The notes under the pieces: model-generated
Seen by the model: the letters and a program-made list of their open reading frames with translations, nothing else
What the model was told of the DNA's origin: nothing
Databases searched by the model: none
Program-made: the position numbers and the translations under genes
NCBI GenBank assembly: GCA_040182905.1
Contig: JARQWU010000062.1
Coordinates: 1 to 43,486 of the forward strand
Direction of reading: 5' to 3'
Length of the DNA: 43,486 nt
From: Barthelona sp. PAP020
Lineage: Eukaryota
In this document: positions 40,843 to 43,486 of the stretch, in pieces
Layout: each line of letters begins with the position of its first letter
Position numbering within the stretch: the first letter of the stretch is position 1

Positions 40843-42726
40843 TTAATTCAAACGAATATGAGTTCCAGTCTTTCCTTCAATAGCATCCAAAGCATGATGG
40901 AGAGAAGTGATGATAGCTTCACGACCAGTGTTTTCAACGAACTTGATAGCAGCTCTCATTTTAGGTCCCATAGATCCAGCAAGGAAATGTCCTTCTTCAT
41001 ACAAAGCCTTAGCTTCAGCAAGAGAAAGATCCTTCAATTGAACTCTCTTTTCCTTGTCTTGCCAGTGCAAACAAGCAAATTCTACGTCGGTAAGAATTAG
41101 ATACTTGTCAGCATTGATCATTTGAGCCAACAATTCACCGGAAAGATCCTTATCAATGACAGCATCACGTCCTTCAAGGGTACCGTCTTCATTACGAACA
41201 ACGGGAATACCACCACCACCAGATGCAATGACAACGAAATCATGAGCAACAAGGTTATTGATAGCATCGGCTTCAATAATTTCAATTGGTGTGGGAGAAG
41301 CAACAACTCTTCTCCAACCACGACCGGCATCTTCCTTCCAAGAAAATTGAGGATTGGCTTTAGCATGTGCTTCATCATAGAAAGAACCAATTGGTTTAGT
41401 AGGATGACTCCAAGCCTCATCTTTATCAGAAACACGAGTTTGAGTAAGAATAGTGGCAACTTGAGTATGAATTCCTTTTTCATGAAGTTTGTTTCCAAGA
41501 ACTTGACCAAGCATATAACCAATTTGACCTTGAGATTCAGCACCACAAACAGGCATGGGTTGAGCAGGAACTTGTTCAGAAGCAATTGCATGTTGAAGAA
41601 GGATAGCACCAACTTGAGGACCATTACCATGAGTAACGGTAAGTTCGAAACCCGAAGAGACAATTTCAGCAATTTGTGTACAAGTAGCGTTACAATTTGC
41701 CATTGTTTCTTCAAAAGTTCCACGATCTCCCTTAGATTTGAGGGCATTACCACCAAGGGCAATGAGAAGACGTTGTTTCTTAGTTTCCATAACAGCGGGA
41801 TTAAGAAGGAAACAAAGAAGGGCCTTTTGAGCATGCAATCTATTTTCAGCCTCTTGGAAAACAATAGAATGTTTTCTGTCATCAATAACTTCAGCAGTTT
41901 GTTCAGCTCCACGCATAGCAGGAAGACAATTCATAAAAGTATAGTCAGGTTTAGCATGGGCACACAATTCTTTGGTAACTTGATAAGGAGTGAGTGCAGC
42001 ACGTCTTCTTTCTTCTTCTTCTTTGGCAATACCATAGGACATCCAAGAATCAGTGTAAATAACATCAGCATCAGTAACAGCTTCAATAGGATCATGTGTC
42101 CAAACAACCTTACCACCATACATCTCACAAAGTTGTTTAACTTCATCAAGAACTGATTGTTCAATGGCGTATTCATCTCCTTCAGGTCCAGCAACATAGA
42201 AAGTCATACCAAGCATGGCAGTTACTCTCATGAGATCATAAGTAACATTGTTTTGGGTATCACCAAAATAACACATTTTGAGACCTTCACATTTACCCTT
42301 AACTTCCATGACAGTAAGCATATCAGCAAGCATTTGACAAGGATGAGCATAATCATCTAAACCATTAATGACAGGAATAGTGGAATGATTGGCAAGTTCA
42401 ATGATGTCTTGACGGCGATTACAACGTCCCATAACTGCATCAACCATACGAGAAAGAACTTCACCAGTATCTCCAAAAGTTTCCTTCTTTCCAAGAGGAG
42501 AAGTTGCAATAGAATAAAAAATACCATGTCCTCCCATTTGAGTCATACCAGTTTCAAAAGAAACACGAGTACGTAAAGAAGGCTTTTCAAAAAGCATTAA
42601 TAAAGTCTTATCCTTTAGAGCTTCATTGAAACGTTCAGGATGAGCCTTAATTACTTTTGCAAAATTAAGTATTTTAAGCAATTCTTCTTTGGTTAAATCA
42701 GAGATTTTTAAAAGATGACGAACCAT
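40843..42726 (-). CDS. ornithine transcarbamylase - carbamate kinase fusion protein (arginine deiminase pathway), 627 aa
   Basis: aa 1-~310 OTC: FEKPSLRTRVSFE, HPCQ, DSWMSYG, FMNCLP, QEAENRLHAQKA. aa ~313-627 CK: IALGGNAL, THGNGPQVG, GWRRVVASP, GGGGIPV, AVIDKD, GSMGPKM. One uninterrupted frame. Confidence 0.96.
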   Translation of the reverse strand: MVRHLLKISDLTKEELLKILNFAKVIKAHPERFNEALKDKTLLMLFEKPSLRTRVSFETGMTQMGGHGIFYSIATSPLGKKETFGDTGEVLSRMVDAVMGRCNRRQDIIELANHSTIPVINGLDDYAHPCQMLADMLTVMEVKGKCEGLKMCYFGDTQNNVTYDLMRVTAMLGMTFYVAGPEGDEYAIEQSVLDEVKQLCEMYGGKVVWTHDPIEAVTDADVIYTDSWMSYGIAKEEEERRRAALTPYQVTKELCAHAKPDYTFMNCLPAMRGAEQTAEVIDDRKHSIVFQEAENRLHAQKALLCFLLNPAVMETKKQRLLIALGGNALKSKGDRGTFEETMANCNATCTQIAEIVSSGFELTVTHGNGPQVGAILLQHAIASEQVPAQPMPVCGAESQGQIGYMLGQVLGNKLHEKGIHTQVATILTQTRVSDKDEAWSHPTKPIGSFYDEAHAKANPQFSWKEDAGRGWRRVVASPTPIEIIEADAINNLVAHDFVVIASGGGGIPVVRNEDGTLEGRDAVIDKDLSGELLAQMINADKYLILTDVEFACLHWQDKEKRVQLKDLSLAEAKALYEEGHFLAGSMGPKMRAAIKFVENTGREAIITSLHHALDAIEGKTGTHIRLN

Positions 42727-43159
42727 TTAGTTTGAGAAAAAGAAATGAATGTGGTTTCTGTAAAAATTCAACAAAAATCCATCTTTTTCAAAACTATTCT
42801 TTGCTCTGATAACACTTAAATTAATTGCACTCATTTATTCAATGCATTTTTGCAGTAATTTCAATCTTTTGACACAAAACAAAATCCCAAAAAAAATTTT
42901 TATTCAAAACCTTGCTTTTGTGGAAAAAAAACACAACAGAAAGTTCACATCAATTTAATTTATGAATAAACTAAAAAATGAAAATTATCTCATGCAGAAA
43001 ATTTGAAAATTCTTTGCAAAATATTAAATGACAATGCACTGTTTGTCTAAAGAGCAATGATGATGGTCTTTTAATGAAAAAAAGAAAAGAAAAATTTGAA
43101 AAAAAATTTGGGAAAAAGTTTTGACAAAACTCCTCCTTCATTATTGTTTAAAGCTAAAG

Positions 43160-43486
43160 AGTACTGTCGTTCATTTTATCTTATCTAATATTTAGTGGCC
43201 GTTAAAGGTAAGCATTCTAAAGGTAGAAAAAGCAAGTATGTCTATTTTCATGGTATGAATTCTAATTTTTAGCGTTGATGCCTTCCAAAAGAAGGAATGG
43301 TATGTTGTTAAAGCACCCAGCTCTATGTTCTCTGAATCTGTTGTTGGAAAGACTGTTGTTAACAAATCTCAAGGTCTTGTTCTCGCCGCTGATCGTTTAA
43401 AACACCGTGTTTTCGAAGTTTTCGCCAATGATTTGGATTCTGATCTTAGTCATGATCATCAACGTAAGATTAAACTTCGTTGTGAA
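43160..43486 (+). CDS. RPS3A: 40S ribosomal protein S3a (eS1), 5' part, running off the window; exons 43160, 43196-43235, 43273->43486
   Basis: The spliced translation MAVKGKHSKGRKSNVDAFQKKEWYVVKAPSSMFSESVVGKTVVNKSQGLVLAADRLKHRVFEVFANDL matches eS1 motifs (D.F.KK.WY.VKAP, GKT, RVFEV). Absent from the ORF track. Confidence 0.92.
43161..43195 (+). other. spliceosomal intron, 35 nt, splitting the RPS3A start codon (A|TG)
   Basis: A|GTACTGTCGTTCATTTTATCTTATCTAATATTTAG|TGGCCGTT; splicing yields ATG GCC GTT (M-A-V). Confidence 0.78.
43236..43272 (+). other. spliceosomal intron, 37 nt, phase 2 (RPS3A)
   Basis: Sequence GTATGTCTATTTTCATGGTATGAATTCTAATTTTTAG; removal joins AA|C (Asn) in frame. Confidence 0.88.

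Noticed and set aside
41118..42576. Long antisense and alternative-frame ORFs (344 aa plus strand, 264 aa minus strand) over the OTC-CK gene, and similar short shadow ORFs over RPC1, CCT3, STT3 and others
   Set aside because: Expected by-products of codon bias in the real gene; the translations have no recognisable motifs.
43057..43063. ATGATGA box C-like motif upstream of RPS3A, suggesting a C/D snoRNA
   Set aside because: No downstream CTGA box D or terminal stem at a suitable distance.

Overview
AT-rich, very gene-dense eukaryotic DNA read with the standard code (genes end in TAA, TAG and TGA). It carries about 23 protein-coding genes, many separated by only 19-70 bp. Five tiny GT-AG introns (35-39 nt) could be placed by hand, each with a CTAA branch motif 5-6 nt before the AG. 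Recognisable genes: RNA polymerase III largest subunit, RPAP2/Rtr1-like, SMP-30/gluconolactonase-like, YIPF3-like, TRM6, AMPK/SNF1 alpha, KCTD-type BTB protein, DRC5/TCTE1, CCT3, proteasome alpha-1 (PSMA6), a divergent BRWD/PHIP-like protein, CFAP410, EFM7-like methyltransferase, a kinase-coiled coil-WD40 protein, a cytosolic carboxypeptidase (tubulin deglutamylase family), IMP3, ADAL/MAPDA, STT3, and the 5' part of RPS3A. Flagellar genes together with a Giardia-type catabolic OTC and a carbamate kinase suggest an anaerobic flagellated protist, possibly a metamonad; this is inference and the species cannot be named. Main points of interest: (1) a single-ORF ornithine transcarbamylase-carbamate kinase fusion; (2) an unassigned ~245-nt nested-helix RNA candidate upstream of IMP3 and a second structured element at ~24.5 kb; (3) an intron that splits the RPS3A start codon (A|TG); (4) divergent start codons only 19 bp apart; (5) a -1 frame break at the 5' end of the kinase-WD40 gene. 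All family assignments come from motif recognition by eye; no database search or folding program was run.
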